From a virus (lineage: Duplodnaviria > Caudoviricetes), in IMG/VR virus record IMGVR_UViG_3300025701_000014, positions 1 through 55,423 of that record: a stretch of 55,423 bases of DNA; one strand, given 5' to 3'. The position numbers and the translations under genes were made by a program. Under the pieces are notes generated by a model, which saw only the letters and a list, made by a program, of their open reading frames with translations, did no database searches and was not told the origin of the DNA. Shown piece after piece: positions 1-9,008 of this stretch. Positions within the stretch are counted from its first letter, which is position 1; each line of letters starts with the position of its first letter.

Positions 1-153
1 TAGATATCTACAGACTGACGCAGCTTGCCGTCAGAGTCGATGTTGCGGCGAACACCAGAATCGCTAACCATCAGGTCAGAGAAGTCACGGCGCAGCTTAG
101 GAGACAACATGATCTTAGTTGCCTTACCGCCTTGCTCGTAGATCTTCTGCATG
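1..153. repeat. Terminal overlap of the contig (copy 1), matches 55271-55423
   Basis: Direct comparison: 153 nt identical except position 27 (G) versus 55297 (A); lies inside the capsid gene, consistent with circular assembly overlap. Confidence 0.95.
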
Positions 154-806
154 GTTGCATCGATGTCAGACAGGCTCAGTGCAGCACGAGATGCATCGAC
201 TTCCAGAGTAGGAGCAACGGTTCCCTTGCCAGCTTCAGCGCCGACAGCAGTACCAGAAGCATAGGTACAGGTAGCTTCGTCATTTACGAAAGCTTGGTAA
301 CCACCCATGGTACGAGTACCAGAGCCGTTAGCAACCTGATAACCGTTTACCAGATCGTGCTCAACGTCACGGCGGAGTTCGGTACCACGCTTCTTCAGCT
401 GGTATGCATACTCGTCAGCAACGCCAGCCTGATCTACTGCACGGCGAGTGCCGGAGACAGCAATAGTCTTACCGTTGATCTGAGTGTAGTTACCCAGACG
501 GGTACGCTCAGGGCCAACAGGGTTGAAGCCAGTGCCGCCTTCAGTTTGAGAAGCACCGGGTGAAGCAAAGTCAGCGCCGTCAACCAGCTTAGAGTTGCCG
601 GGTGCAGCCAGTGAGTCGGTTTGCCACTCGTGGTAAATAGCAGTAGCCTTGCTCTTACCGATAGAGGAGATGAAAGGGGTCTCGTCACGAGTGATCAGAG
701 AGATGAAGTTAGCAAGATCTTCACGTTGTGAAACATTGCTGTTAGAAGTACCAGAAGCAACGCCTCCAGCAGGACCAGTGGTCGCTCGACCGCCAATTGT
801 AGCCAT
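1..806 (-). CDS. Major capsid protein, 5' part (continues across the contig junction to 55009; about 355 aa in total)
   Basis: Read by hand from ATG at 806: MATIGGRATTGPAGGVASGTSNSNVSQREDLANFISLITRDETPFISSIGKSKATAIYHEWQTDSL, resembling DUF5309/SU10-type capsid proteins; in frame with 55009-55422; follows the scaffold gene. Confidence 0.9.
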   Translation of the reverse strand, partial: MATIGGRATTGPAGGVASGTSNSNVSQREDLANFISLITRDETPFISSIGKSKATAIYHEWQTDSLAAPGNSKLVDGADFASPGASQTEGGTGFNPVGPERTRLGNYTQINGKTIAVSGTRRAVDQAGVADEYAYQLKKRGTELRRDVEHDLVNGYQVANGSGTRTMGGYQAFVNDEATCTYASGTAVGAEAGKGTVAPTLEVDASRAALSLSDIDATMQKIYEQGGKATKIMLSPKLRRDFSDLMVSDSGVRRNIDSDGKLRQSVDI

Positions 807-827
807 AATATATTCCTTTTAATTAAA

Positions 828-1922
828 TTAAAGTTTCAGAGAGTTTGCTGCATAATCTCTTAGGAATGCCATTTGATCATCAGGGGATGCATCTTCACGG
901 AAAGCTCTTGCTTTCGTCATTTTGGATTTATCCTGTTTCTGAGTAATTTGAGACTTTCCTTTCTTTGTGGGAACTGCCTTTTTGGTAGGGGCAGCTTTTC
1001 GCTTAGCTTGACCCTTAGAAACACCTTGCTTTAACACACGGTATTCATTTAAGAGTCTCACAACATGGGGGCTTGTAATACTATCAACAAGCTCCTCAGG
1101 GATACCTTCTTCGATGGCAAAGGTACGAATATCCAATGCAACTTCGTTATTAAATCCGGGGACGATCTCTTCAATGACTTCATTAAAGTTAGCAATCTGT
1201 TCATCCCAAAGTTCAGCTTGGACTTTTTCTTGTTGTTCTTTAAGTTGTTCTTGAAGACCTTCACGTTGTTTACGAGCGTTCCAGTATTTCTTCTGGGCTT
1301 GTTCTCGTTTATCCTTGAGGTCTTGAACCTCATAGGTATCACCAGCTTCACGGGCTTTATCAATTGCAGCCTCGATGTCGTGGTATTCTTTAGCTAAGTG
1401 CTGCTCAGTTCCCATGAGAATAGCAGCGGAAGCTTGACCAAGTTCTTGCACTTCAGCGAGCATAGTATTACGCTCTGCCTCAAGTGCTTTCTTAGCCTCG
1501 CCTAGTTCACGACCCTTTTTACTAAGTGAGCTGTCAGTTTGATAGCCTTTCAGGAGATCCGCAAAGGATACATCCAATTCTTTACCATCAATCTTAACAC
1601 GGACTTTAGCGTCCAAATCTAAGTCGTCAGCAGTAAACACATCAGCTTCTTGGGTAGGGGAATCTTCTTCGCCATCCTCATCTGTTGTCTCTTCAACCTC
1701 TTCCTCATCTTCCTCTTCAGTAACGGTTTCATCAGAGTCTTCAGGGTCTTCTATCTCTGAGTCCACCGGGTCAACCTCTGGAACTTCCTCTATTGGTAGC
1801 GGTTCTTTATCCAGAAAATCTGAATTTCTTAGAACGGCATCTAGGAGGTCCTGTTCGGTCTGACCAGCATTTGACGTTGGTACCGAGTCATCCATAGTGG
1901 GTAGAGTGGTCTTGTCTGTCAT
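828..1922 (-). CDS. Capsid scaffolding protein
   Basis: Very acidic N-terminus, VKIDGKELDVSFADLLKGYQ motif, coiled coil, position directly upstream of the capsid gene. Confidence 0.85.
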   Translation of the reverse strand: MTDKTTLPTMDDSVPTSNAGQTEQDLLDAVLRNSDFLDKEPLPIEEVPEVDPVDSEIEDPEDSDETVTEEEDEEEVEETTDEDGEEDSPTQEADVFTADDLDLDAKVRVKIDGKELDVSFADLLKGYQTDSSLSKKGRELGEAKKALEAERNTMLAEVQELGQASAAILMGTEQHLAKEYHDIEAAIDKAREAGDTYEVQDLKDKREQAQKKYWNARKQREGLQEQLKEQQEKVQAELWDEQIANFNEVIEEIVPGFNNEVALDIRTFAIEEGIPEELVDSITSPHVVRLLNEYRVLKQGVSKGQAKRKAAPTKKAVPTKKGKSQITQKQDKSKMTKARAFREDASPDDQMAFLRDYAANSLKL

Positions 1923-1933
1923 ATAATTATCCT

Positions 1934-2161
1934 TTATTTAGTTTTAGCGTTTGGTTTGCGTTGGGGAATCTCAGGCACTTCTTTAGTCCCTGCTTCTTTT
2001 ATAAAGCCTTCATAGCGATCTTTAATTTGGTAAAGATCATGTAGGCTGCCAGCATTAAGCTTGGCCTTTCCAGCGCTACGCATTGCATCAAACTCTAAAA
2101 GCTTGATCATGTCGTTAACATTGCTTAACAGCATGTCGTATTTAATTTCTCTATTGTCCAT
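1934..2161 (-). CDS. Hypothetical protein (75 aa, likely start MDNREIKY)
   Basis: GAGGA ribosome-binding site before ATG at 2161; tight packing in the head operon. Confidence 0.7.
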   Translation of the reverse strand: MDNREIKYDMLLSNVNDMIKLLEFDAMRSAGKAKLNAGSLHDLYQIKDRYEGFIKEAGTKEVPEIPQRKPNAKTK

Positions 2162-2468
2162 TATCCTCGTCCTCATTGGTTTGTAGATGTGGTACGTTCC
2201 GCCCATACATTTCGTATTGGGCAAGCTTAGCCTTTACGTCACCAAGAGCTAAGACACAGGAATATATAAACTCCCGTGTCTTGTTCTCGTGAGGTTCTGA
2301 CCGGAGAAACTGCAAGTAGTAATCTACCATTAGCTCCCCATAAGCCCCAGTGAAAAACTCTTCCCGCTCACGTTGAGCGAACTGGGCATTCACTAGGGCT
2401 TCTTTTGCTTTCACATCTGGGTGGATATTCTTCAACCGCTTCTCGGCTGTCTTCTTATACTTATCCAT
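2151..2468 (-). CDS. Hypothetical head-module protein
   Basis: ORF with AAGAGGT RBS between portal and scaffold. Confidence 0.75.
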   Translation of the reverse strand: MDKYKKTAEKRLKNIHPDVKAKEALVNAQFAQREREEFFTGAYGELMVDYYLQFLRSEPHENKTREFIYSCVLALGDVKAKLAQYEMYGRNVPHLQTNEDEDNGQ

Positions 2469-2482
2469 TATTACCTCTTATG

Positions 2483-4702
2483 TTACTGCGGTCCCATCTG
2501 GGACATCAAACTCATCATGTCTTCAGCAGACATTTGTGCTCCCTCTGGTTGAGGGGCTGTTGGCTGCATAGGAGCCGCAGGGGTCGATGGACCCATTATT
2601 TGTTGTACCATTTGTACGATCTGACTGTACTCTGGGTGCGGAGGAATACTAACCCCTTCCTTCTGAGCCTTGATAGCAAGGTCAGCCCACTCTTGGTAAT
2701 GACGATCAATCGCTACAGCAAGCTGCTTTGAATTGTCTTGAATTGTGTTAGCACTCTGTGCATCAGTGAACTTAACGTTAGCTTCGGCAAGAGCAACATC
2801 CGCTTGTTCTTTACGCTTAGCCATTTCCTGTTGGGCCTTGGCCGCCTCACTTTGTGAGTTAACTGCTTCGATAGCTTTCTCTTTAAACTCATCAGTAGTA
2901 TAGTCTTCTAGGAAATCATTACTAGAAAGACCCATCGCTTCTAACATTTTAGTGGCCAGAATTGCAGGGGCCTCTGGACGAATAATACCTCCAGCACCTG
3001 CTGCATTCAACGCTGGTAAGATAGACTGGCCAACGGATTGCAGTTTAGTGATAAGATTAGAGTTACTGTTCTCACCGATATCCAGAATTACATCACAATC
3101 CATACGGTCTGGTAGGTTATCAATATCAATAGTTTCAATGATACCACCAAGGCTTACAGTCATAGAACCTGCTTGCTTACGGAGAGTAGAGTAAACACCT
3201 TCACAAAGGCGCTTGAAACCAGTCTCAGCAAATCTACGTGCGATGTGTTGGATACGTTTCTGGGAAGCTGACTGTACAGCTGCAAGCTTTTGTTCACTGT
3301 TACCAGAGACATACAGTGTATCGTTAAGACCTTGAGCGGCCTTTGACATACCTGTTGCTTGTTCTTTAATTGTTTGTAAATGTTGAAGCAGAGGTACCGT
3401 ACCTGTAGAGATTGTCTCAGGTGCCAAAGCTGCAACAGCACCATTAGGGTTACCGTTAGTTGGGATGATCTGCTTAGGCTTCATGTTCTGCAATGCAGAG
3501 AAGTCCACCACATTGGGGTCAGCAAGCTTAGGGCTATAGTTAGTGAGGTAAGTGTTCTCAACAAAACCACGCAGGATAGCAGTAGCTGCCAAGGTAGACG
3601 AACGGGTAAAGTCTGCAATAGACAAACCATAGAACTCATAGGGTATGTCAATTGGAGATAAGACAGCCATTGGCTTCATGTCGCAATCTTCTTCATCGAG
3701 CACCTTAGGTCCAGCCATGATGAAACGCTTAAGCTCAGCGACACCGTCACCATCCCGGTCAACATTCATCCAGCATTCAGTTACAGTCAACTCACGATTA
3801 GCCTCAAGGGGATTGGCACTTTCACCATTCTGCCAGTAAGACATGCCGATAACTTCTTTACGTGAAGCTACATCGGAACTGTATCGGTTACTACCAGCCC
3901 ACTCGTTACCGGCAAGCTCATCCCACTCGTCATCACTAATGTTGCTTGCAACGTCAGGCCAGTACTTACGGATCTCACTGCGGGTCATGGTGGTCTGGAT
4001 GCCCACGAAGGAAGCATCATCGATAGACGTAGCATCACGGGAGATACGGAAGTTCTCAGGGGGTACATTCTCAATGCGTACTTTAGAGCGGTCAGTGGTT
4101 CGCTTAATGCGTACATTCACATAGACAAGCTCTGCTTCACCATTGAGGTCTACTTCATTTTCATACTGGAGATCTCCAACGATCTCAACAGTCTCATCAG
4201 AGAGGAGTTCATCCAGCTTGGATTGAGAGATTGAATCATACTCTTCAAAGCTGATGTGGTAATCTTCCACGAAGTCCCATCGGATGATAGCATTCTTCCA
4301 GAGGAGAGATGACTTGATCCAAGTCTGTAAAGTCTCCCATCCTTTATTCTGTTTAAATATACAATAGTTAGTTATTAAGGATGCATCATGCGCTTGCTTA
4401 AATGCTCCGGGGGTATTTGCGTAAGGTGTGAACTTTGCGATTTTACCATTGTTTAAGAAGAGATCACAAAGGACTGCGGTATAAGCCTCTACTGTTTCAG
4501 TTGTTGATGTATCAACGATAGTGCTGACACCCTGAGGTAGGAGGTGTCCATTGGGAACCCCTGCGTACTCATAAGTACTCTTCTGCCGCTCTTTGGTCAG
4601 GTCAGATGAGTTTAACCAGTCTCCTGCACTATTAGCAATACCAGAAGATACAAGCTCTGCTACCTGTTCATCTGTTACTTTTTCCTTATATCCGTAATTC
4701 AT
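2483..4702 (-). CDS. Portal protein (P22-like, long C-terminal coiled coil)
   Basis: 739 aa between terminase and scaffold; IENVPPENFRIS and ECWMNVDRDGDGVAEL motifs typical of podovirus portals. Confidence 0.9.
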   Translation of the reverse strand: MNYGYKEKVTDEQVAELVSSGIANSAGDWLNSSDLTKERQKSTYEYAGVPNGHLLPQGVSTIVDTSTTETVEAYTAVLCDLFLNNGKIAKFTPYANTPGAFKQAHDASLITNYCIFKQNKGWETLQTWIKSSLLWKNAIIRWDFVEDYHISFEEYDSISQSKLDELLSDETVEIVGDLQYENEVDLNGEAELVYVNVRIKRTTDRSKVRIENVPPENFRISRDATSIDDASFVGIQTTMTRSEIRKYWPDVASNISDDEWDELAGNEWAGSNRYSSDVASRKEVIGMSYWQNGESANPLEANRELTVTECWMNVDRDGDGVAELKRFIMAGPKVLDEEDCDMKPMAVLSPIDIPYEFYGLSIADFTRSSTLAATAILRGFVENTYLTNYSPKLADPNVVDFSALQNMKPKQIIPTNGNPNGAVAALAPETISTGTVPLLQHLQTIKEQATGMSKAAQGLNDTLYVSGNSEQKLAAVQSASQKRIQHIARRFAETGFKRLCEGVYSTLRKQAGSMTVSLGGIIETIDIDNLPDRMDCDVILDIGENSNSNLITKLQSVGQSILPALNAAGAGGIIRPEAPAILATKMLEAMGLSSNDFLEDYTTDEFKEKAIEAVNSQSEAAKAQQEMAKRKEQADVALAEANVKFTDAQSANTIQDNSKQLAVAIDRHYQEWADLAIKAQKEGVSIPPHPEYSQIVQMVQQIMGPSTPAAPMQPTAPQPEGAQMSAEDMMSLMSQMGPQ

Positions 4703-4837
4703 TTACTTCCTCCAAGGGATGTCTTTAGATTTTTCTAGTTGTTGACTATTGTAGCTACCCGCCTTGGGTAACTCCCTTGGCTTTTTTGTTTCTTTCTTTG
4801 CAGTCTTGGTGCTTTGTACTTGTTCATTAAATCGCAT
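4703..4837 (-). CDS. Small basic hypothetical protein (44 aa)
   Basis: GGAGG RBS before ATG at 4837; stop codon abuts the portal start. Confidence 0.65.
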   Translation of the reverse strand: MRFNEQVQSTKTAKKETKKPRELPKAGSYNSQQLEKSKDIPWRK

Positions 4838-4937
4838 CTGTTCCCTCCTAGGGTCTCTCAAGCTAACTATAAAGGAGACTATTGCTACTTGCCCATATTG
4901 ATGTACATACAATGTTAGTAGGTACGGTCTCCTAATA

Positions 4938-4972
4938 TAAAAAAGGTATCGTTACTTTCCCCGAGCGATACC
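4938..4972 (-). terminator. Intrinsic terminator-like hairpin downstream of terL, with a competing alternative stem
   Basis: Minus strand GGTATCG...CGATACC stem followed by TTTTTT. Confidence 0.6.
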
Positions 4973-5027
4973 AGACTCGGCGAGGACTAATGGAAATCGT
5001 TAGTAGTCGTTCCACTACTCTTTTTAA

Positions 5028-6680
5028 TCATAACCAGCTAGTGTTGTCCTGTTCATACTGAGACACTCTGGTTGACCACGGCACATTAGTATTCTGTAGT
5101 TTATCCCAATGGGTTCTAAGGACTTCACAGGCAATTGCTAATCCAATCACTGTGTCATCATTACAACCGGGTGCTGCTTCAGTCTTACCTGTGGCTGTGG
5201 ATATATAATCTTTTAATTCTTGTATCATAATGTTAGAGGGTATGTTCACCTCTTCGTTCTCAATAAGAGACTTAAGGTTACCAATTATGGCTGGTTTGGA
5301 AGCTGAAGTGGTCCTAAAGCCTACACGAGAACTTTCTGTACTAGAGACATTAGCGGTCTTCTGTTGCTTGTACAGGTTAACATAGTTCATTGATTCTAGC
5401 TTTTGTATTGTAGCAACACCCATGGAGTTACTCTCTGGGCACAGAAGTGCGTTGTTGTAGTAACGTCCAAGGTAGAATAACAACTCTCCAAACAAAGAGG
5501 GGTCTATCCGGTTATCCCTGTAGAGGGCCATAACCTTTCGTTCATTGTTTAAGACAACAGCAACTGAATAATCTAGACCTACGCCTAATGCGACATCAGC
5601 AGAGATAACGTAACTGGTATCCCACTGGGGGTACTCAAAGATATGCAGCTTACCTTCTCGGTTATCTTCGAATTGTTTACTATTAATGTCCCAAGCACGG
5701 ATACTCTCCGGGGCTTCAGGGATTAGTTTTTCTAGCTTCTCTGTATCAAAGACGTTAGAGCCGGAGACAATAAATGCCTCATCGGGGGTGGATGGGTATT
5801 CCTGACGGAACTTTAACTCACCACTCTCAGCTATCTTAAGTCTTCTCCAGTATAGTTGATCATTGTCTAATTCAAACCTTTCAACTAAAGACTCTTCATC
5901 AGCCGTTAGTATCATACCCTCAGGGGCTTCTCTACGGTATTCCTTTGTGAGGAACCATGGTAGGAAGATTGGTATGTATTCATTCTCTCCAGCTACTGCA
6001 CCTTTCCACAGACGATAGAACTCACCTTGAGCGCCATTCGCCGTACTCTCAAGTATAACCTCAGTACCTTCCGCTTGAGATATACCTTGGAATAAACCTG
6101 CGAGGATCTTCTCATCATGGTTCCAAAAGGCAACCTCAGACAAGTGAGCAATCGTTGGAGTTGTACCCCTACCAGCTTCAGGTGAGCCAGCAGTGTAAAG
6201 ACGGTAGCTAGCTTTAGCTTCCTTATCCTTAAAGTAAGGTGAGGATATAATGATTTCTTTTGCATTACTACGTTCCTCTTTGGGGGCTAAGTCTTCAGTC
6301 ATATTCCTAATGAGGTTCTTTGACATACTGAAGAGAGCATCTGAAGTGGCACTGTCGTGGGCCATTACAACTGATCTAGAGTGTGGGGAGAAGTATGACT
6401 TCCAGTACACCCTACCTACACAGTACGTAGAGATACCCATCTGTCTTGCCTTAAGGATAATAGCCCTGACCTTACCAGTCTCTTTAGCTTGTGCAGCCAA
6501 TGCATCAGTTATTCTTTGTTGGGCTTCATTCAAGACAAAAGGGACAAAGCCCTTACTAGAGTCTTTAGTGACAATCCGTATTTGTTCCTGTGAGAACTTC
6601 TTGAAGTCTTCAGAATACTCTTTGAGTTTCTGTCTCTTCTCCTTTTCCTTCACAAGCTTTATTAATTCTTTCTTATCCAT
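5028..6680 (-). CDS. terL: Terminase large subunit
   Basis: ILKARQMGIST Walker A-like motif, HLSEVAFW Walker B, ESTANG, and C-terminal nuclease ISADVA...DDTV. Confidence 0.95.
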   Translation of the reverse strand: MDKKELIKLVKEKEKRQKLKEYSEDFKKFSQEQIRIVTKDSSKGFVPFVLNEAQQRITDALAAQAKETGKVRAIILKARQMGISTYCVGRVYWKSYFSPHSRSVVMAHDSATSDALFSMSKNLIRNMTEDLAPKEERSNAKEIIISSPYFKDKEAKASYRLYTAGSPEAGRGTTPTIAHLSEVAFWNHDEKILAGLFQGISQAEGTEVILESTANGAQGEFYRLWKGAVAGENEYIPIFLPWFLTKEYRREAPEGMILTADEESLVERFELDNDQLYWRRLKIAESGELKFRQEYPSTPDEAFIVSGSNVFDTEKLEKLIPEAPESIRAWDINSKQFEDNREGKLHIFEYPQWDTSYVISADVALGVGLDYSVAVVLNNERKVMALYRDNRIDPSLFGELLFYLGRYYNNALLCPESNSMGVATIQKLESMNYVNLYKQQKTANVSSTESSRVGFRTTSASKPAIIGNLKSLIENEEVNIPSNIMIQELKDYISTATGKTEAAPGCNDDTVIGLAIACEVLRTHWDKLQNTNVPWSTRVSQYEQDNTSWL

Positions 6681-6868
6681 ATCATAGTCCTCGTTGACTA
6701 ATCTGTTGGGGTTTCTGTGGGGAGAAGGTACTTACCCCAATATAACTTTGGGACCCCCCCTTGATGTCTTTGAGGGAAGCTCTCAAGCCTGTGTGAGAGA
6801 GACAGGATATATATGTACCCCTAATATATTTCCACACCCCCCTTAGTCTTCTCAGAGGCTTCTCAGAG

Positions 6869-6884
6869 GCCACGCAAGCGTGTC
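6869..6884 (+). promoter_or_regulatory. Hairpin motif A copy 1 (GCCACGCAAGCGTGTC), putative virion-RNAP promoter
   Basis: Exact 16-mer repeated at 8382, 11751 and 19130, always intergenic and upstream of + strand genes. Confidence 0.7.
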
Positions 6885-6966
6885 TCTTTTGCAGGAGTGC
6901 TTACACCCCCTGACGTCTACTAAAGGGTCCTACGGGGTCCTGTGGGGCTTTAAAGCATACTCTCTT

Positions 6967-6985
6967 CCTATAGGGACTACCGAAG
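6967..6985 (-). promoter_or_regulatory. T7-style promoter motif B (CTTCGGTAGTCCCTATAGG on - strand) facing terL and the head genes
   Basis: Shares TAGTCCCTATAGG with copies at 11716 and 42917; CTATAGG end resembles T7-family promoters. Confidence 0.65.
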
Positions 6986-7101
6986 CTCCTAATAGCACAG
7001 GTACTTACGGGAATACTGTGGGGTTCTGTGGGGATCTAGGGGAACCGAAGGGCTATGCTACAAGAGATTCCCAAAGACCTCTCCAAGCACTCAATTGCGG
7101 G

Positions 7102-7123
7102 AATTCTCGTTAGTCCCTTTAGG
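7102..7123 (+). promoter_or_regulatory. T7-style promoter motif B variant (AATTCTCGTTAGTCCCTTTAGG)
   Basis: 20 of 22 positions match the 42917-42938 copy. Confidence 0.65.
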
Positions 7124-7180
7124 GGTACCCCCGGTACTATATATATATCTATACTTAACCAATGACACTAGGAGACCACT

Positions 7181-7492
7181 ATGTCATACACTTACTACAG
7201 AGCTATGTCCCGAGAGGAATACAGTAGTATCCTTGAGGACAACTATGGTATGCATGATCCTAGAGAAACCTACTGGGCTGATTGTGTATCAGTTGCTAAG
7301 CGTTACCTTAATCCTGAGAGGGTTCTGGTAGAGCTTACTTTGGATAGACCAATCAACCCTGATTACCTTAGGGTAGCTGAGTACGTCTCTAGTAATGGAG
7401 ACAACAACAACCATTACGAGTACTGTATGGCTCGTGATTACTTCTGGAGGGTTGTCCTCCCATCAACATTAGATATTGGAGTAGTAGCATGA
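7181..7492 (+). CDS. Early hypothetical protein
   Basis: AGGAG RBS; first + strand gene. Confidence 0.75.
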   Translation: MSYTYYRAMSREEYSSILEDNYGMHDPRETYWADCVSVAKRYLNPERVLVELTLDRPINPDYLRVAEYVSSNGDNNNHYEYCMARDYFWRVVLPSTLDIGVVA

Positions 7493-7839
7493 AGCCAGTA
7501 GAGATAGCTAATACAATCTTAAAGCAAATACAACATAGTAGGGTTGGTGATAACTCAGGGGCTCTACTAATGATGTGTTGGGGTGTTCACAACATCAGCA
7601 CAGTTGGTAAAGATAAGTACCATTATGGTGGTGTTCAGTTCATGGTTAATGGTTTCAAACACAAAGGTTGGGTAAGTATAAAACTACACTACAACGACTC
7701 ATACACCGTTACGTTCTTAAACAAGTACGATAAGTTCTGTGAGGGTCCCGATGTGTACGAGTATATCTTATACCCAGAGTTAGCTGAGTTCCTAGACAAA
7801 CACATAGAGACAGGTATCAAAGAAGAAGAGGTGTTGTAA
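7489..7839 (+). CDS. Early hypothetical protein
   Basis: ATGA overlap with the previous gene; GGAG RBS. Confidence 0.75.
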   Translation: MKPVEIANTILKQIQHSRVGDNSGALLMMCWGVHNISTVGKDKYHYGGVQFMVNGFKHKGWVSIKLHYNDSYTVTFLNKYDKFCEGPDVYEYILYPELAEFLDKHIETGIKEEEVL

Positions 7840-7955
7840 TGACTAATCAAGAAATAATAGAGCTGTTTGATTCTAGTAATATAACACTGACCGAGCTATC
7901 AGCAATAACTGGTAAAACTGTTAAGCAACTAAAAACAATTTTAATGGGGTTTTAA
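7839..7955 (+). CDS. Small putative HTH protein (38 aa, MTNQEIIELFDSSNITLTELSAITGKTVKQLKTILMGF)
   Basis: GAGGT RBS, TAATG coupling, helix-turn-helix-like pattern; not in the ORF track. Confidence 0.6.
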   Translation: MTNQEIIELFDSSNITLTELSAITGKTVKQLKTILMGF

Positions 7956-7958
7956 GTA

Positions 7959-8126
7959 ATGGATACATATACTTGTTGGAACTGTGGTCGTATTGACCGC
8001 AACGATGTAAACCGAATTGACACACCAACACTAGTTCCCTACGGAGATCAGATGGTTGATCTTGTGTCTTGTGAATATGTATGTAACAATTGCGGATCAG
8101 ATGTAGAGTATGAGCCGATATACTAA
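7959..8126 (+). CDS. Small zinc-ribbon protein (55 aa)
   Basis: CWNCG and CNNCG pairs in the hand translation. Confidence 0.65.
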   Translation: MDTYTCWNCGRIDRNDVNRIDTPTLVPYGDQMVDLVSCEYVCNNCGSDVEYEPIY

Positions 8127-8162
8127 GCCCTGATCCAAACTAATCTTTATAGAGGAAATACC

Positions 8163-8356
8163 ATGGATATCTTAAACGTTTCATTGATGGTCGTCAAACG
8201 ATCTTCAGTATTTACATGATAAGAACGACCCACAAGACTGGGAACGTGGATTACAAAGGCTTCGGGTTAAATACTTTGGCATCGACACATCAAACACATG
8301 TGACGAAAAAACAGCAATTGATCGACATAACAACTAGCAAACAGACGGTGGTTTGA
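8163..8356 (+). pseudogene. Possible frameshifted small gene
   Basis: GAGGA RBS and ATG open only 18 codons, but both other frames stay open to 8337 and 8356. Confidence 0.35.
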
Positions 8357-8381
8357 ACGATAAAAGGAACAAGAGTACAAC

Positions 8382-8397
8382 GCCACGCAAGCGTGTC
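8382..8397 (+). promoter_or_regulatory. Hairpin motif A copy 2, upstream of SSB
   Basis: Exact 16-mer repeat, 54 nt before the SSB start. Confidence 0.7.
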
Positions 8398-8451
8398 GCT
8401 TTATAGCAATTCCCAATTTCGGGACAAACAACATAGAGGAAGGTAGCAATC

Positions 8452-8937
8452 ATGTTAGAATCTCCACGTAATTATTTCATCAAAGAAGCAGAAATTAACT
8501 GGGCACGTCTAGACACACCAGTATCTCCGTTCGGAACTCCACAGTACGAACTGCAAGCTGCAACTGACAATAAGGCTACGGCTAAAGAATGGAAGGAAAA
8601 CCATCTAAACGTAAAAGAGAAAGACGGTAAGTTCATTGTGTCTCTCAAGCGTAAAGCCCGTAAGGCCAACGGTGAAGACAATGGCGCTCCAAAAGTAGTC
8701 AATGCCGATCTGTCTCCATTCGATAAAACAGTGATGATCGGTAACGGATCAACTGCAAACGTTAAGATCTACCAGTACCCATACGATGTAAATGGTAAGA
8801 AGGGTGTTGGCTCATCATTAACAGCTGTGCAATTGGTAAACCTTGTAGAGTACAAGGGTGGCACTAATGACGACTTCGTAGCTTACGAGTCAGAAGGTGC
8901 AGAGCCAGCTGCTAATAAGTCAGACGACTTGTTCTAA
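8452..8937 (+). CDS. ssb: Single-stranded DNA-binding protein (T7 gp2.5-like)
   Basis: PKVV...IGNGSTANV and LTAVQLVNLVEY motifs, acidic tail ending DDLF. Confidence 0.85.
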   Translation: MLESPRNYFIKEAEINWARLDTPVSPFGTPQYELQAATDNKATAKEWKENHLNVKEKDGKFIVSLKRKARKANGEDNGAPKVVNADLSPFDKTVMIGNGSTANVKIYQYPYDVNGKKGVGSSLTAVQLVNLVEYKGGTNDDFVAYESEGAEPAANKSDDLF

Positions 8938-8943
8938 ACCATT

Positions 8944-8974
8944 GGGGGACTCTTCGGGGTCTCCCTTATTCTTT
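8944..8974 (+). terminator. Terminator-like hairpin with cUUCGg loop
   Basis: GGGGGACTC-TTCG-GGGTCTCCC followed by TTATTCTTT. Confidence 0.75.
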
Positions 8975-9008
8975 GAGTAACCGACAAAGGCAAGAATGAG
9001 ATAGACTT

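Noticed and set aside
1-153. End repeat as a biological direct terminal repeat
   Set aside because: It falls in the middle of the capsid gene, so it is better explained as assembly overlap
132-688. ORF-track entries 132-563 (+) and 434-688 (-)
   Set aside because: They overlap the capsid reading frame that the track missed because it runs off the contig end
6682-7331. ORF-track entries 6682-6873, 6880-7113 and 7095-7331
   Set aside because: No convincing RBS; they overlap promoter motifs and low-complexity repeats or the better gene at 7181
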